Assembly: GCF_001194135.2 (NCBI RefSeq)
Contig: NC_068983.1
Coordinates: 32,954 to 96,953 of the forward strand
DNA: 64,000 nt
Source of the DNA: Octopus bimaculoides
Lineage: Eukaryota
Direction: 5' to 3'
The notes below the pieces were generated by a model. It ran no database searches. It worked only from the letters and a program-made list of their open reading frames with translations, and was not told the DNA's origin. Below, in pieces: positions 62,941 to 64,000 of this stretch. Position numbers and translations under genes: made by a program. How positions within the stretch are numbered: the stretch's first letter is position 1; each line of letters starts with the position of its first letter.

Positions 62941-64000
62941 GAAGGCAAGACACATAAGATAGGAAAATAGTGTGATGTAATAATGAAAAGTAATTTACAG
63001 TGAATGCAAAACGAAGTAAAAGTGTATGGAAACAATGTTTGGAAAATGAGGTATGGTCCAATGAACTGTTGAGACTAGTCCTGGAATAGAGAAATAGAAA
63101 AGATACAGAACTTGTTTAGCAGAAATAGGAAATGAAGAGAAATGAGATAACAGCTGCTTTGTTGGAGAGAGAGAGAGAGAGGTCACAGCAGAGTTTAAAG
63201 AAAAGATGCAAGAAGACAGTGGTTTTGTATGTTGGTATCATAAATGGAAGAAGGTACAAACCAAAGTATATAGAAAAGATGAAACAATTCCCGTTAGTTG
63301 TGTCTAATCCAGAGATTGTTGTGATTGGAATGGGACCTATTAACCCTAAGTGATGTTGACAGCTTTCTGAAATAATTAATGCCAACTCCCACAAGATTAC
63401 TCCTTGTTCTATGATACATATTTCCTGTTTTAAGTAATCTAAGTTAAAACCTTCTAGCAAACTTTTATGTTAATGTTCTAAACACCAGCTTAAAGGCAAT
63501 TGTTTTACTAAATTCTTTATTCTTTTCAAAATTGAGATGGAGCATATTTCAACAGAAATAGAGTAACAAAAGGATTTGATACTGTGGAGATTAACTTAGC
63601 TGCCTGGTTAGTGCAAAAAACATGAAGTTTGTGTGTGTGAAATTGTGCTGTCAGTGTTGGCATGACTGAAAACAGAACTGGGAGAAATTTGTAGGGTAGC
63701 AGAGTGAAGGGAGTTACGAAGGTTATGAGCAAGGAAATGTAAAGTTTCTCTGTTATCTCCTGGCATATGTCTTGGGGAATGGACAGAAAACATTCACCCT
63801 GTAACTGTTTGATAAATGTTGTTTTCAATTGGCTTCGAGACAATGTATTGGGGAGATAAAGTTAGAAAGAAGCTGGAATTGTCAGCTGAAATAGTCTGGT
63901 GGCATAATTAGGCAGACTATTCAATGATAAATGAGTTAGTACCACTTAATTAAGTAGTCTACATTGAAATGTCACCATTTTTAGTAACAGTGAAGCTGAA

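Overview
AT-rich, gap-ridden, microsatellite-dense animal genomic DNA whose repeats resemble those of Octopus (recognised from memory, not database-checked). Only one host CDS is well supported: a single-coding-exon C2H2 zinc-finger gene (7985-9100, +). The rest is mostly transposon debris: two mariners, RTE, CR1, Tx1/L1, R4/Dong and Penelope-like non-LTR elements, tRNA-derived SINEs, mini-Helitrons, a foldback MITE with telomere-like arrays, solo LTR-like elements in (TA)n, and one structurally complete but gapped, inactivated LTR retrotransposon (50497-55171, -). The most unusual signal is in that LTR element. The 12 nt at its primer-binding-site position are the exact complement of nt 1-12 (the 5' end, not the CCA 3' end) of conserved animal tRNA-Phe, suggesting priming by a very short 5' tRNA fragment. 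Other leads are a stack of R4/Dong elements in (TAA)n, three identical RSSDLxR zinc-finger helices, an unexplained hairpin cluster at ~27.4-27.6 kb, a PHD-type finger inside an RTE ORF2, and a CpG-poor/rich/poor domain pattern suggesting mosaic gene-body methylation. No rRNA, tRNA gene or CRISPR array is supported.
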